Notes: generated from the sequence alone by a model not told the origin. A stretch of 32,000 nucleotides of DNA from Candidatus Omnitrophota bacterium (GCA_963662715.1 OY759724.1:1770001-1802000); one strand, 5' to 3'; positions 16,521 through 26,451 are shown, counted from the stretch's first letter. Translations and numbers: made by a program.

Positions 16521-17219
16521 GTGACTTTTCAGTATAATAATATTGTGCCTTGGGGGCGGAATTTTGATGAATATGTCCGTATGTTTGATTTGCAGGAACA
16601 TGAATGCCGCCTGAAAATTTTAGGATGCGGGGACGGACCGGCCAGTTTCAATCACGAATGTCGTCAGCGGGGCGGCCGTGTTGTGTCGGTCGACCCGATT
16701 TACGCTTGTTCGCGGGCGGAAATCGAGCAGCGTATCCGGGACGTTTTTCCGGATGTCTTAAAACAGGCGGAAAGCCGGAAAGAAAAATTTGTCTGGACCA
16801 CAATCAGATCCGTTGAAGAATTAGGCGCCGTCCGCATGGCGGCCATGACAGTGTTCTTGAATTCTTATGAGGAGGGAAAGAAAGATAAAAGGTACATCCC
16901 GGCGTCTTTGCCGGAGCTGCCTTTTGCCGACAATTCCTTTGATCTTGCGTTAAGCTCCCATTTCCTTTTTTTGTATTCAGAGAACCTGTCTTATGAATTT
17001 CACGAACAGGCGGTGCGGGAGATGCTCCGGGTAGCCCGGGAAGCGAGGATTTTTCCTCTGCTGGATATGGAGGGGCGAAAGTCTCCTTACGTGGACAGAC
17101 TTTTGACAGATTTCAAGGATTACGATATTGAGATAAGAAAAGTGAATTATGAATTTCAGGCCGGCGGGAATGAAGTGTTTGTTGTGAGGAAAGCCCGGCA
17201 GGCTATCAGAGATAAATAA
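16521..17219 (+). CDS. class I SAM-dependent methyltransferase
   Basis: GTG start downstream of GGAGGAAATAATAGGAG. Motif I is ILGCGDGPASF, and the later motif reads LPFADNSFDLALSSHFLFLY. Confidence 0.7.
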   Translation: MTFQYNNIVPWGRNFDEYVRMFDLQEHECRLKILGCGDGPASFNHECRQRGGRVVSVDPIYACSRAEIEQRIRDVFPDVLKQAESRKEKFVWTTIRSVEELGAVRMAAMTVFLNSYEEGKKDKRYIPASLPELPFADNSFDLALSSHFLFLYSENLSYEFHEQAVREMLRVAREARIFPLLDMEGRKSPYVDRLLTDFKDYDIEIRKVNYEFQAGGNEVFVVRKARQAIRDK

Positions 17220-17256
17220 TAGAGGTCCGTTCAGCCTTGATGAGGAGGGATGAGGA

Positions 17257-18012
17257 ATGAAAAAGAAATATTTCTTTGGCATTAAAAATCAGCAGGTGGG
17301 CCCGTTGGACGCGGATTTGATCAAGAAGCATATTGTCGAAGGCGCCATTACCGAAGATACGCTGGCCTGGTGCAAGGGCATGAAGACCTGGCAGCCGGTC
17401 CGCAACATCCCGGAACTCGTCGAAACATTCGGGGCATTATTGGACGAACATATTAAGCCTCCGCCTTTGCCGAAGACGCCTCTTCCGGAAAAGCCTCCGG
17501 TTCCTCCGCCTTTACCCAAGAGTCCCGAGGTTAGGACGGCCGGCGTCGTGCCGGAAAAGCCGGCTGCGGCGACAGAAAATCAGGATGACGGGGAACCGGA
17601 AGGATTGAGTCCTCTTCACCAAAACGCGTACCGTTTTGTCACCTGGTGTTTCCGCAGGGGGAAAGGCCGCTCGGTGATCCTGGACTATGTTGATAAAGAC
17701 CCGCGCCGGGCCCTTTCGGTCGCCGTGCTGACGGTGTTTTGTTTGACGACTCTTTTGCTGTTTTCTGTAACGGTTGTCATGGAATCCGTGGAAGAAGGCC
17801 AGGATTATGAGCGCATGCCGGTCCTGCAGCAGGGGGGGGCGCCGCAGGGCTCGGGAGACTGGCAGCGCAGATACCAGATCTGGCAGGAACAGCAGCGGGA
17901 CTCGCAGCGTGTTATGGATGATGTGTATCAGTATAAACGTGATTCACAGGACAGGATGGATGAGACTTACCGTCGGGCCAATTATGACTGGTATCAGGAC
18001 AAAAATGATTGA
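17257..18012 (+). CDS. GYF_2 (DUF4339) domain protein with a Pro-rich linker, one TM helix and a Q/R/D/Y-rich tail
   Basis: GAGGAGGGA SD. The sequence YFFGIKNQQVGPLDADLIKKHIVEGAITEDTLAWCKGMKTWQPVRNIPEL fits the GYF_2 pattern. The linker reads PPPLPKTPLPEKPPVPPPLPK and the TM helix reads LSVAVLTVFCLTTLLLFSVTVV. Confidence 0.7.
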   Translation: MKKKYFFGIKNQQVGPLDADLIKKHIVEGAITEDTLAWCKGMKTWQPVRNIPELVETFGALLDEHIKPPPLPKTPLPEKPPVPPPLPKSPEVRTAGVVPEKPAAATENQDDGEPEGLSPLHQNAYRFVTWCFRRGKGRSVILDYVDKDPRRALSVAVLTVFCLTTLLLFSVTVVMESVEEGQDYERMPVLQQGGAPQGSGDWQRRYQIWQEQQRDSQRVMDDVYQYKRDSQDRMDETYRRANYDWYQDKND

Positions 18013-18063
18013 GCCGGGCGCCGGATATGTCCCTCGTCCCGAAATGATTCAAGGACAGCCGTC

Positions 18064-18762
18064 ATGACAAATCTTATGGAATATGATATCGCTGTGGGGC
18101 CCACGTTTGCTCCCTTGCCGTTTTATGATCAGATATTTTTTAAAGGGTTGATTTCCAATCATGTCCAGCTGTTTGAAGCCTTGAAAGAGGGGGAGGTTGA
18201 TTCCGTTTTTGCCGTCAATATTATACGCCAGGATGAAAAATTTGTCTGGGAATCGTGCCTGGACCTGCTGAACGTCAGCATAGAATCCGGGTCACAGCTT
18301 GTCCGGGGTGTTTATCATTTTAATTTGCTGAATTTTGATGTCCATAAGGAATTGCAAACCTTTAATACTCAGGAACTGACTCATTTGCTGGTCAGCCGGT
18401 CCAGGCGTTTGGCTCCGGGGCAACAAAAGCTCATCAAGTACAGTTCCCTTTACGGATTGCTGCAAAAGCTGGTTGAAGAGGAGTGGGGAAAGATTATTTT
18501 TAAAGCTGCGGTCGAAGTTTTTCCTCATCCTGCGGAGAAACTGGACCTGTATATCAAGAAAATTTATAAACTTATGGAAGCGGTCGACACAAGAAAAATT
18601 GCGGTCATTAACGATTTGAGTCAAACGCCGCTTTATGATCAGACGAATACCGTTCAGCAGGACAGATTAGCTAAAGAAATCCGTCAAGGAGATCTCTTCC
18701 ATTCCGTACCGGATATTATTATTCATGACAAAAACGGGCATAGGGTTTTAAACCACGCATAA
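18064..18762 (+). CDS. hypothetical cytoplasmic protein
   Basis: 232-aa ORF with protein-like composition and a weak AAGGA SD. No family recognised. Confidence 0.55.
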   Translation: MTNLMEYDIAVGPTFAPLPFYDQIFFKGLISNHVQLFEALKEGEVDSVFAVNIIRQDEKFVWESCLDLLNVSIESGSQLVRGVYHFNLLNFDVHKELQTFNTQELTHLLVSRSRRLAPGQQKLIKYSSLYGLLQKLVEEEWGKIIFKAAVEVFPHPAEKLDLYIKKIYKLMEAVDTRKIAVINDLSQTPLYDQTNTVQQDRLAKEIRQGDLFHSVPDIIIHDKNGHRVLNHA

Positions 18763-18783
18763 GCCGTCGCCCCTTGTTAAAAA

Positions 18784-19728
18784 ATGAAACTGTCCGATTC
18801 ATCGAAGTCACAATATTTCCCCTGGATTTTTTTCTGGTTGGCTTTACTCGGGCCCGGCCTTGGCTGGTTCGGGCGCTGGCACTGGTTTCTTGATTTGTTC
18901 AGCCATTTCCGCCTCCAGCAGCTCGGTATGCTGATTTTCAGTATCCCTTTTTTGATCCTTTGGAAAAAACGCCTGCTACTGGTTATGGCCCTGGCCGTTA
19001 TTTTTTCTGCGGGATGGCCTCTGCAGGCGTACTGGCCTAAGCCCGATAGCAAAAGGGCCGCCCCGGCCCGACAGCTTAAGATCGTATATGCTAATGTCAA
19101 TGTCGCGAATCTCCGGTATGAAAGCATAGGGGATTTTTTCGAACGGGAAACGGCTGATATCCTGGTCATTTCGGAGATCAGCCAGAAGCTTTTTGAGGCT
19201 TTGACTCCGATATTGAAAGATTACCCTTTCCGGGAGGTCATTCCCCGGGAAGATTGTTTCGGTTTGGCCGTATTCTCCCGCCTCCCGGTGAAGAGCATGC
19301 AGGCCAGGTATTTGGGAGAGGCGCAACTTCCTTCCATTAAATGTGTTATTGCCCGGGAGCCTCAGGATATCGTCCTCTGGGCAACGCATCCGGTTCCGCC
19401 TATGGGGCAAAGAGGCTGGGAAATGAGGAATGAACAGCTGCTCATTCTGGCTGAAGAGATCAAGGGGGACAGCCGTCCGCATATCGTGGTCGGTGATCTG
19501 AACACCGCGCCTTGGTGCTATTGGTTTGATGTCCTGCTCAACAAGACCATGAAGGATTCTTCTTTAGCCCGGGGCATCATTCCTACCTGGCCGGCCTATT
19601 TCCCGTTCTTTTTAAGAATTCCTCTGGACCATATTTTAATCGGCCGGGACATCGGGGTTTTGGAGCGTAACGTTTTGCCGGTGTCCGGCTCTGACCATCA
19701 TTCGGTTTCTCTTGTAATAGGACTATAA
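18784..19728 (+). CDS. endonuclease/exonuclease/phosphatase (EEP) family protein with an N-terminal membrane region
   Basis: EEP motifs are present: IVYANVNV, ADILVISEI, VVGDLNTAPW, PLDHILIG and GSDHHSV. N-terminal hydrophobic helices. Confidence 0.7.
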   Translation: MKLSDSSKSQYFPWIFFWLALLGPGLGWFGRWHWFLDLFSHFRLQQLGMLIFSIPFLILWKKRLLLVMALAVIFSAGWPLQAYWPKPDSKRAAPARQLKIVYANVNVANLRYESIGDFFERETADILVISEISQKLFEALTPILKDYPFREVIPREDCFGLAVFSRLPVKSMQARYLGEAQLPSIKCVIAREPQDIVLWATHPVPPMGQRGWEMRNEQLLILAEEIKGDSRPHIVVGDLNTAPWCYWFDVLLNKTMKDSSLARGIIPTWPAYFPFFLRIPLDHILIGRDIGVLERNVLPVSGSDHHSVSLVIGL

Positions 19729-19805
19729 CTATAATTAATATCAAATATTATAGCATTTGCCGATACGCTTTATTCATTGACGCTTTTCTTCATTTATGAT
19801 AGTTT

Positions 19806-20501
19806 ATGGCAATGATTCAGGAAAATCTTTCAGCTCTGCGAGCTGATATTATGAAAATTTGCCAGGCCTGCGGACGGAATCCGGAAGATATCACTCTGGT
19901 GGGTGTCACTAAGTTTGCGACAGGCGAAGATATCCGTGAAGCCATCCAGGCCGGATTAACCGATATCGGTGAAAATAAGGCCCAGGTGGCGCGGGATAAG
20001 TTTTTGACGTTAAAAGATTTAACCGCCAGGGTGAAGAAACATATGATCGGGCACCTGCAGACGAACAAGGTGAAACTGGTGCTGGATCTTTTTGATATGA
20101 TTCAGTCTGTTGACAGCCTGCATCTGGCGCAGGAAATTCAGAAACAAGCGGAGAAAAGGCAGCACCGCACGGACATTCTGATTCAAGTGGATTGTGCCGG
20201 CGAAGAGCAAAAATTCGGTGTTCCGGAACAGGAAGCTATGGGGCTGATAGAGCAGGTCTCCCGGATGAACCGCATCAGGATTTGCGGTTTAATGACGATC
20301 GCGCCCTTTACGGAAGATACAGAAGTGATCCGGAACTGTTTCAGGAAAGCAAAGGCCCTTTACGATAAAGCCGGGACGGAATTCCGTCCGGTTCCTCATG
20401 TTGAGCTGAGATATTTATCGATGGGCATGACCCATGATTATACGATTGCCATTCAGGAAGGGAGCAATATGCTACGGATCGGGACAGCCATATTCCGTTG
20501 A
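19806..20501 (+). CDS. yggS: YggS-family pyridoxal-phosphate homeostasis protein
   Basis: Family motifs are present: LVGVTKF, IGENKAQ, HMIGHLQTNKVK and LSMGMTHDYTIAIQEGSNMLRIGTAIF. Confidence 0.85.
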   Translation: MAMIQENLSALRADIMKICQACGRNPEDITLVGVTKFATGEDIREAIQAGLTDIGENKAQVARDKFLTLKDLTARVKKHMIGHLQTNKVKLVLDLFDMIQSVDSLHLAQEIQKQAEKRQHRTDILIQVDCAGEEQKFGVPEQEAMGLIEQVSRMNRIRICGLMTIAPFTEDTEVIRNCFRKAKALYDKAGTEFRPVPHVELRYLSMGMTHDYTIAIQEGSNMLRIGTAIFR

Positions 20502-20560
20502 CAGCCGCATACCCGGAAATCATTTTATTTAATTTACCGCGATAAGGGGATGGAGGAAGC

Positions 20561-21346
20561 ATGAAAAAGATCGGTTTTATAGGCGGGGGGAATATGGGTT
20601 CCGCCATTATGAGCCGCATTTATCAGCACTATTCGGTCTGCGTCTGCGAAAAAGACAAAAAAAAAGTTCAGCAGCTGCGGAGGAAATACCGCATTAAAAA
20701 CATGGAGCTTCCTGACCTGGTTCGCCACGCTCAGGTGATCGTCCTGGCTGTGAAGCCGCAGGACAGCGGGGCCGTTCTGAAAGATGTCCGCAGGGATTTT
20801 GGCCGGGACAAGCTTCTCATTTCCATTGCCGCCGGCTTAACAACAGGATTCCTGGAAAAGAGGCTGCCGCCCCAAGCCAGGGTTGTCCGCACCATGCCCA
20901 ACATGCCGGCGCTTATTGCCGAAGGCGTAACAGCTATTTGTCCGGGTAAGCAGGCTAAAGCCGCGGATATCCTTACGGCCCGGCGTATTTTTAAATATAT
21001 CGGCGCCACGGAAATCGTTCAGGAGAAATGGATGAATGCGGTGACGGCTGTTTCCGGCAGCGGGCCGGCTTATGTTTTTTTGTTTGCTGAATGTTTCATG
21101 AAAGCGGCGCAGTCTTTAGGGCTGAGCCGGGACCTGAGCCGGCTTTTGGTCTCGGAAACACTGAAAGGGAGCGTTGATCTTCTTCTGCAGTCGCAGGACG
21201 ACGCGGCGCAGTTGAGGGCCAAAGTCACGTCAAAGGGCGGGACGACCCAGGCTGCGACGGAAGTTTTTATGAAACATCGGTTGGACAAGATATATGACCA
21301 GGCTTTAAAAGCTGCCGAAAAAAGAGCCCGGCAGCTGAGCCAATAG
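20561..21346 (+). CDS. proC: pyrroline-5-carboxylate reductase
   Basis: GGAGGA SD. Family motifs are present: IGFIGGGNMGSAI, VRTMPNMPALI, AVSGSGPAYVF and VTSKGGTTQAA. Confidence 0.9.
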   Translation: MKKIGFIGGGNMGSAIMSRIYQHYSVCVCEKDKKKVQQLRRKYRIKNMELPDLVRHAQVIVLAVKPQDSGAVLKDVRRDFGRDKLLISIAAGLTTGFLEKRLPPQARVVRTMPNMPALIAEGVTAICPGKQAKAADILTARRIFKYIGATEIVQEKWMNAVTAVSGSGPAYVFLFAECFMKAAQSLGLSRDLSRLLVSETLKGSVDLLLQSQDDAAQLRAKVTSKGGTTQAATEVFMKHRLDKIYDQALKAAEKRARQLSQ

Positions 21347-21399
21347 AACTGTTTGATTTAATTGTATCCTTTACTATTTTATTCCATGAGGAGGCCCCT

Positions 21400-22257
21400 A
21401 TGGCTAAAGTCGGCATTATCGGTGGCAGCGGTCTGTACCAGTTAGACGGGATGGAAACGGTTGATGAACGCTCAATGTTGACCCCTTTCGGTGAGCCGTC
21501 CTGCAATTTCGTTTTAGGGCGCTTTAACGATGTGGAGGTTGTTTTCCTGCCCCGGCACGGAAAAGGCCACCGGATATCCCCCAGCGAGATTAATTACCGG
21601 GCGAACATCTGGGCGATGAAGAAACTGGGCGTGGATGCTGTTGTCGCTGTTTCTGCCGTCGGCAGTCTTAAGGAAGAGTTGCAGCCGCAACACTTTGTTG
21701 TCCCTGACCAGCTTTTTGACCGGACCAAGGGGAAACGGGCCGACACATTCTTTTCGGACGGCATTGTCGCGCATATCCCTTTTGCGGAGCCTTTCTCCCC
21801 GGAGATACGGGATGTCCTGATTCGCAGCGGACAAGAGGCCGGAGTCACGATTCATGACGGAGGCACTTATATTAATATTGAAGGCCCGCAGTTTTCCACG
21901 AAAGCGGAATCGAATGTTTATCGAGGCTGGGGCATGGATATTATCGGCATGACCAACCTTACGGAAGCCAAACTGGCCAGGGAGGCGGAAATATCCTATG
22001 CCACGCTGGCGGCGGTCACCGATTACGATTGCTGGCATCCGTCCCATGAATCGGTCACTGTTGAAATGATCCTTGAGAACCTGAACAGCAATGTGAGCAA
22101 CGCCAGAAAAATACTGGAAAAGGCGATCCCGCTTATCGGCGCACTGACGGAATTCAGCGCCGTCGGAACACTGAAATATTCTGTCGTGACGGACCGGGAG
22201 ATGATCCCGGAGGAGAAAAAGAAGCAACTGGAGATTTTTACCCAGGAAAAAGTCTGA
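21400..22257 (+). CDS. mtnP: S-methyl-5'-thioadenosine phosphorylase
   Basis: GAGGAGG SD. Family motifs are present: VGIIGGSGLY, FLPRHGKGHRISPSEINYRANIWAMKKLGV and GMTNLTEAKLAREAEISYATLAAVTDYDCW. Confidence 0.85.
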   Translation: MAKVGIIGGSGLYQLDGMETVDERSMLTPFGEPSCNFVLGRFNDVEVVFLPRHGKGHRISPSEINYRANIWAMKKLGVDAVVAVSAVGSLKEELQPQHFVVPDQLFDRTKGKRADTFFSDGIVAHIPFAEPFSPEIRDVLIRSGQEAGVTIHDGGTYINIEGPQFSTKAESNVYRGWGMDIIGMTNLTEAKLAREAEISYATLAAVTDYDCWHPSHESVTVEMILENLNSNVSNARKILEKAIPLIGALTEFSAVGTLKYSVVTDREMIPEEKKKQLEIFTQEKV

Positions 22258-22348
22258 AAAGAGGGCGGGATGCTTTTTAAAACAGTATTTTATTAAATGT
22301 GAAATTAAAAAATTTTTATAAAATATAAAATAAGGAACATATTTTCAA

Positions 22349-25171
22349 ATGGATTATCAAAAAACACTCAACTTGCCCAAGACTGAATTTTCAATGCGGG
22401 CCGGCCTGGCCCAAAAAGAACCGCGGTGGCTTGAACGCTGGGAAGAGCAGGGGCTGCACGAAGCCATCCGCCGGAAGAGCGCCCGGCAAAAACCCTATGT
22501 TTTGCACGACGGGCCTCCTTATGCCAACGGGAATATTCATATCGGACATGCCCTGAATAAAATTTTAAAAGATATCATTGTCAAAATGAAGACCATGCAG
22601 GGATACGATGCGCTTTATGTCCCGGGGTGGGACTGCCACGGCCTGCCGATCGAGCATCAATTGTTTAAGGAGCTGAAGAAAAGGAAAGCGGACGTCGATA
22701 CGGTTGATTTTCGGAAGAAAGCCCATGATTATGCCATGAAATATGTGGGGATTCAGAGAGACCAGTTTAAGAGACTGGGGATTTTCGGCCAGTGGGACGA
22801 GCCTTATTTGACTCTGTCCTCACAGTATGAGTACTGGATTTTATGGTCTTTTGCCCGTTTGGTCCGGGAGGGATATGTTTATCGGGGGCTGAAACCGGTC
22901 AACTGGTGCGCTAATTGTGAGACAGCTTTGGCCGAGGCGGAAGTCGAGTATGAAGATCATGTTTCCCCATCCATTTATGTTAAATTCAAAGTCAATAATC
23001 CTCAGGCCATCCCGGGGCTTCCGCAGGAGAAGCCGCTGTATTTAATGATATGGACGACCACGCCCTGGACCCTGCTGGCGAATGTCGCGGTGGCTGTGCA
23101 TCACGCCTTTCGGTATGTTTTTGTCGATACCGGCTCCGAGATTGTGGTCCTGGAAAAGACGCTTCATCAGAATGTCCTGGAAAAAGTCGGACTGAAAAAT
23201 GGCGGTGTTCTTAAAGAAGTTGCCGGAGATGCCCTGCAGACCCTGGTGTATACTCATCCTTTTGATCTTAAGCAGGATTGCCGGGTTGTGGCGGTGGATT
23301 ATGTTTCCCAGGAAGACGGGACGGGGTTGGTTCATACCGCGCCGGGACATGGGCAGGAGGACTATGAAGCCGGTTTGCAGCACAACCTGGATATTATTAT
23401 GCCGGTTGACGACCGGGGGCTGTTTACCGGCGAAGCCGGTGCGTTCGCCGGTCAGCATGTCTTTAAAGCTAATGACAATATTGTTGCTGATTTAAAATCC
23501 CGGAACATATTGGCCGGGGTGGAATCCATTAGCCATTCCTATCCGCACTGCTGGCGCTGTAAGAAGCCTATCATTTTTCGTGCGACCTGTCAGTGGTTCA
23601 TGCGGATTGATCATAAAGAATTGCGCGCAAAGTTGAAACAGAACGTTCAGCAGCAGGTTCAGTGGATTCCGCCTTCGGGGCAGGAGCGGATTTCCGGCAT
23701 GATTGCGTCCCGTCCCGACTGGTGTCTGTCCAGGCAGCGTCATTGGGGTGTTCCTATCCCGGCCTTAGAGTGTGCGGGCTGCGGGGGAGAACATAAACTT
23801 TTTTATGACGTAGTGGCTCATTTCGCGGAAATTGTCAAGACAGAAGGGACGGATGTCTGGTTTCAGAAAGAACTGGCCGCTTTGCTGCCGGAAGGTTTCC
23901 AATGTCCGGACTGCGGACAGAAAGATTTTAAAAAGACGCATGATATCCTGGATGTCTGGTTTGATTCCGGGGTCAGCCACCAGGCTGTTGTGGGCCCGAT
24001 GCTTCACCAGGACATCCCCGTGGATCTTTACCTGGAAGGGTCCGACCAGCACCGGGGCTGGTTTCAGTCTTCTTTAATCCCGGCCGTCGCGCTTGAAGGG
24101 AAACCGCCGTTTAAGGCTGTTTTGACGCATGGTTTTGTCGTTGACGGACAGGGAAGAAAGATGTCCAAATCCCTGGGAAATGTGATCTCCCCTCAGGACG
24201 TCATAAAAACAAACGGGGCCGACATCCTGCGTTTGTGGGTGGCCTCAAGCAATTATCACGATGATATCCGTCTTTCTAAAGAGATTATGGAAAGAATTAT
24301 TGACGCGTACCGTAAAATCCGCAATACGATCCGTTTCCTCCTGTCCAATCTGAACGGTTTTGCCCCGGAGAAGGAGATTCTGCCTTATGAGCAATTGATC
24401 GAGATCGATCAATGGGCGTTACACCGGCTTTCGCAGATGAGTTCCGAACTGAAAGACGCCTATAACCTTTTCGAGTTTGCAAAAGTCTATAAAATTATTT
24501 ACGCCTATTGTAATGAAAACTTGTCGGGATTTTATCTTGACATTCTTAAAGATAGACTGTATACTTCACACACTTTTTCGCGGGAGAGAAAATCAGCGCA
24601 GACCGTTCTTTACCATATTCTTAATCATTTGGTCCGTTTTATTGCTCCTATCCTGTCATTTACAGCAGAAGAGGTCTTTCACCTGATGCCCGGGAAGGAG
24701 CAGGGAGACGATGTCCAGAGCGTGCATTTGCTGTCGTGGGGTGATATCCCTGATGATTGGGACAATAAAAACCTGGAGAAAAAGTTTCAATTTCTGGAAA
24801 CATTAAGGCCGAATGTTCTTAAGGCTCTAGAAGATAAGCGGCGTGATAACGAAATCGGCAGTTCTTTGGAAGCCAAGGTCATCTTCAGAACAGCCAGTTC
24901 AGGAGACGCCGAACATTTAAAAACCTTAGAACCTATTTTGCCCCAAGTGTTTATTGTGTCTCAGGTTGAGATCCAAACAGTGTCAGAGGTTGGCCAGGGA
25001 GTTAACGAGGCGTTCCCTCAAACGGAGATCATTATCCGGAAAGCAGACGGAGATAAATGTGTCCGTTGCTGGAATTACAGCCCGAACGTCGGACAGAACC
25101 AGGAGCACCCGCAGTTGTGCGAACGGTGTCTGCCGGTTGTGGAATCCCTGCAGAGAGAGGGGTTGGTTTGA
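22349..25171 (+). CDS. ileS: isoleucine--tRNA ligase
   Basis: 940 aa. The HIGH motif is PPYANGNIHIGHALN and the KMSKS motif is GRKMSKSLGN. A CP1 editing-domain-sized insertion is present, along with a C-terminal zinc finger (CVRCWNY...CERC). Confidence 0.97.
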   Translation: MDYQKTLNLPKTEFSMRAGLAQKEPRWLERWEEQGLHEAIRRKSARQKPYVLHDGPPYANGNIHIGHALNKILKDIIVKMKTMQGYDALYVPGWDCHGLPIEHQLFKELKKRKADVDTVDFRKKAHDYAMKYVGIQRDQFKRLGIFGQWDEPYLTLSSQYEYWILWSFARLVREGYVYRGLKPVNWCANCETALAEAEVEYEDHVSPSIYVKFKVNNPQAIPGLPQEKPLYLMIWTTTPWTLLANVAVAVHHAFRYVFVDTGSEIVVLEKTLHQNVLEKVGLKNGGVLKEVAGDALQTLVYTHPFDLKQDCRVVAVDYVSQEDGTGLVHTAPGHGQEDYEAGLQHNLDIIMPVDDRGLFTGEAGAFAGQHVFKANDNIVADLKSRNILAGVESISHSYPHCWRCKKPIIFRATCQWFMRIDHKELRAKLKQNVQQQVQWIPPSGQERISGMIASRPDWCLSRQRHWGVPIPALECAGCGGEHKLFYDVVAHFAEIVKTEGTDVWFQKELAALLPEGFQCPDCGQKDFKKTHDILDVWFDSGVSHQAVVGPMLHQDIPVDLYLEGSDQHRGWFQSSLIPAVALEGKPPFKAVLTHGFVVDGQGRKMSKSLGNVISPQDVIKTNGADILRLWVASSNYHDDIRLSKEIMERIIDAYRKIRNTIRFLLSNLNGFAPEKEILPYEQLIEIDQWALHRLSQMSSELKDAYNLFEFAKVYKIIYAYCNENLSGFYLDILKDRLYTSHTFSRERKSAQTVLYHILNHLVRFIAPILSFTAEEVFHLMPGKEQGDDVQSVHLLSWGDIPDDWDNKNLEKKFQFLETLRPNVLKALEDKRRDNEIGSSLEAKVIFRTASSGDAEHLKTLEPILPQVFIVSQVEIQTVSEVGQGVNEAFPQTEIIIRKADGDKCVRCWNYSPNVGQNQEHPQLCERCLPVVESLQREGLV

Positions 25172-25205
25172 CATCCAAGCTGGAGCGGGCTTCAAAATTT
25201 AAATT

Positions 25206-25233
25206 TTGATCTTGCTCTTGAATCATGTATACT
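25206..25233 (+). promoter_or_regulatory. candidate sigma70-type promoter upstream of the DksA/TraR-like gene
   Basis: TTGATC (25206-25211), a 16-nt spacer, then TATACT (25228-25233). It lies immediately after the 16-bp perfect palindrome CAAAATTTAAATTTTG (25193-25208). Confidence 0.35.
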
Positions 25234-25322
25234 TGGCTATGGGTTTATTTTTGAGTATGAGATTTAGGCAAATTCTTCTCCCTAAGAAATAATTGTGGGA
25301 AGCTAGAAAAGGAGAGAGGGGA

Positions 25323-25712
25323 ATGACGGAAAAGAAGTTAGGAAAACGGCAAAAAGATCAGTTTAAAAAGGTTCTGATAGAGATTAAAGAGAATATCCTT
25401 CATGATATTAAGAACATGACAGGAAGCAACGGAGAGTCCTCGGAACCATCTGAAGAATTGTCAGGCGGGCATGGTTTGCATATGGCGGATTTTGCCACTG
25501 ATATGTATGACCGGGAATTCAACTTGGGGCTTGCTTCTAATGACAGAGAGCTGTTGCAGAAGGTGGATAATGCCCTAAAACGCATGGAAGATGATAATTA
25601 TGGAATTTGTGTGGAGTGCCAGGAAGTTATTCCTGCGGCTCGTTTGGAAGCCATCCCTTATGTAGAGACTTGCCTTAAGTGTCAGGAGAAGCTGGAACAG
25701 CAACGCCGATGA
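25323..25712 (+). CDS. DksA/TraR-family C4-type zinc-finger protein
   Basis: AAAGGAGAGAGGGG SD precedes the ATG at 25323. The C-terminal motif is YGICVECQEVIPAARLEAIPYVETCLKCQ (CxxC-17-CxxC). Confidence 0.75.
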   Translation: MTEKKLGKRQKDQFKKVLIEIKENILHDIKNMTGSNGESSEPSEELSGGHGLHMADFATDMYDREFNLGLASNDRELLQKVDNALKRMEDDNYGICVECQEVIPAARLEAIPYVETCLKCQEKLEQQRR

Positions 25713-25817
25713 TTTTGCTCCCAGTTGCATGATCTCAATATTTTAGATATCCGTAATTTTGATCATCGCGGGTTATCTTCTGGCAAATCATAGTATTTTT
25801 TTAAAAAACGATACAAC

Positions 25818-26306
25818 ATGAAAAATGCTGTACGCTCCCAGATAGATATTTTTCTTTCCCTCATTACTGTTTTCTCTATTGTTTTTGTTGATCGCATCAC
25901 GAAAATTTTCTTTTCCAATATTTTGTCTGAAGGGGAATCCTGGCCTGTTATCCGCAATGTCCTGCATATGACCCTTGTTCACAACAGCGGGATCGCTTTC
26001 GGTTTGTTTAAGGACCAGGGGATTGTTTTTATTATCGTTCCGTTGATTGCGATTGTTCTGCTTATCTATAATATTTATTACTATAAATATAATGACGAAA
26101 AATTGAGCCGTCTTTATATTATTGCTTTTTCTATGATTTTGGCCGGTGCGATTGGGAATCTTATTGACCGTATTTATTTTGGTTACGTCATTGATTTTAT
26201 TGATTTCCAGGTCTGGCCGGTTTTCAATATCGCCGACAGCGCTATTACCATAGGGGCCCTGATTATCGCTTTTAAATGTATTCCCCGGGCAGATATCCAT
26301 AAATAG
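25818..26306 (+). CDS. lspA: signal peptidase II (lipoprotein signal peptidase), canonical copy downstream of ileS
   Basis: LspA motifs are present: DRITK, VHNSGIAFGLF, GAIGNLIDRIYFGYVIDFIDF and PVFNIADSAITIGA. Confidence 0.9.
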   Translation: MKNAVRSQIDIFLSLITVFSIVFVDRITKIFFSNILSEGESWPVIRNVLHMTLVHNSGIAFGLFKDQGIVFIIVPLIAIVLLIYNIYYYKYNDEKLSRLYIIAFSMILAGAIGNLIDRIYFGYVIDFIDFQVWPVFNIADSAITIGALIIAFKCIPRADIHK

Positions 26307-26451
26307 GAATTTTCTCGGAGATTTTTGGCACGGCGGGCTGCTGTGGCAGGCAGAATAGCGCGTCAGGAATAACCTTCATGATTAAGGAGCTCGGGAGCCC
26401 GATGAGGGACACCGTCCTGCGGTGTCGACCGGGTTTTACCGTGATTGTGTT

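Noticed and set aside
18976-19482. 168-aa minus-strand ORF; the same applies to the ORFs at 29274-29765, 23042-23458 and 11554-11997
   Set aside because: All lie inside well-supported + strand genes (the EEP gene, aroA, ileS and the protease gene). They lack SDs and any motif.
19729-19805. TTGACG...TATGAT promoter-like match and an AT-rich 7-bp inverted repeat (CTATAAT...ATTATAG) upstream of yggS
   Set aside because: The spacer between the hexamers is only 12 nt. The inverted repeat is pure A/T within an AT-rich spacer, so it is not distinguishable from chance.
21514-22227. 237-aa ORF on the minus strand
   Set aside because: It is antisense to mtnP, whose product carries unmistakable MTAP motifs. 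The minus-strand product is Arg/Phe-rich with no recognisable features.
25788-26300. 170-aa ORF on the minus strand
   Set aside because: It is antisense to the canonical lspA. Its N/I/K-rich composition reflects the AT-rich membrane gene on the opposite strand.
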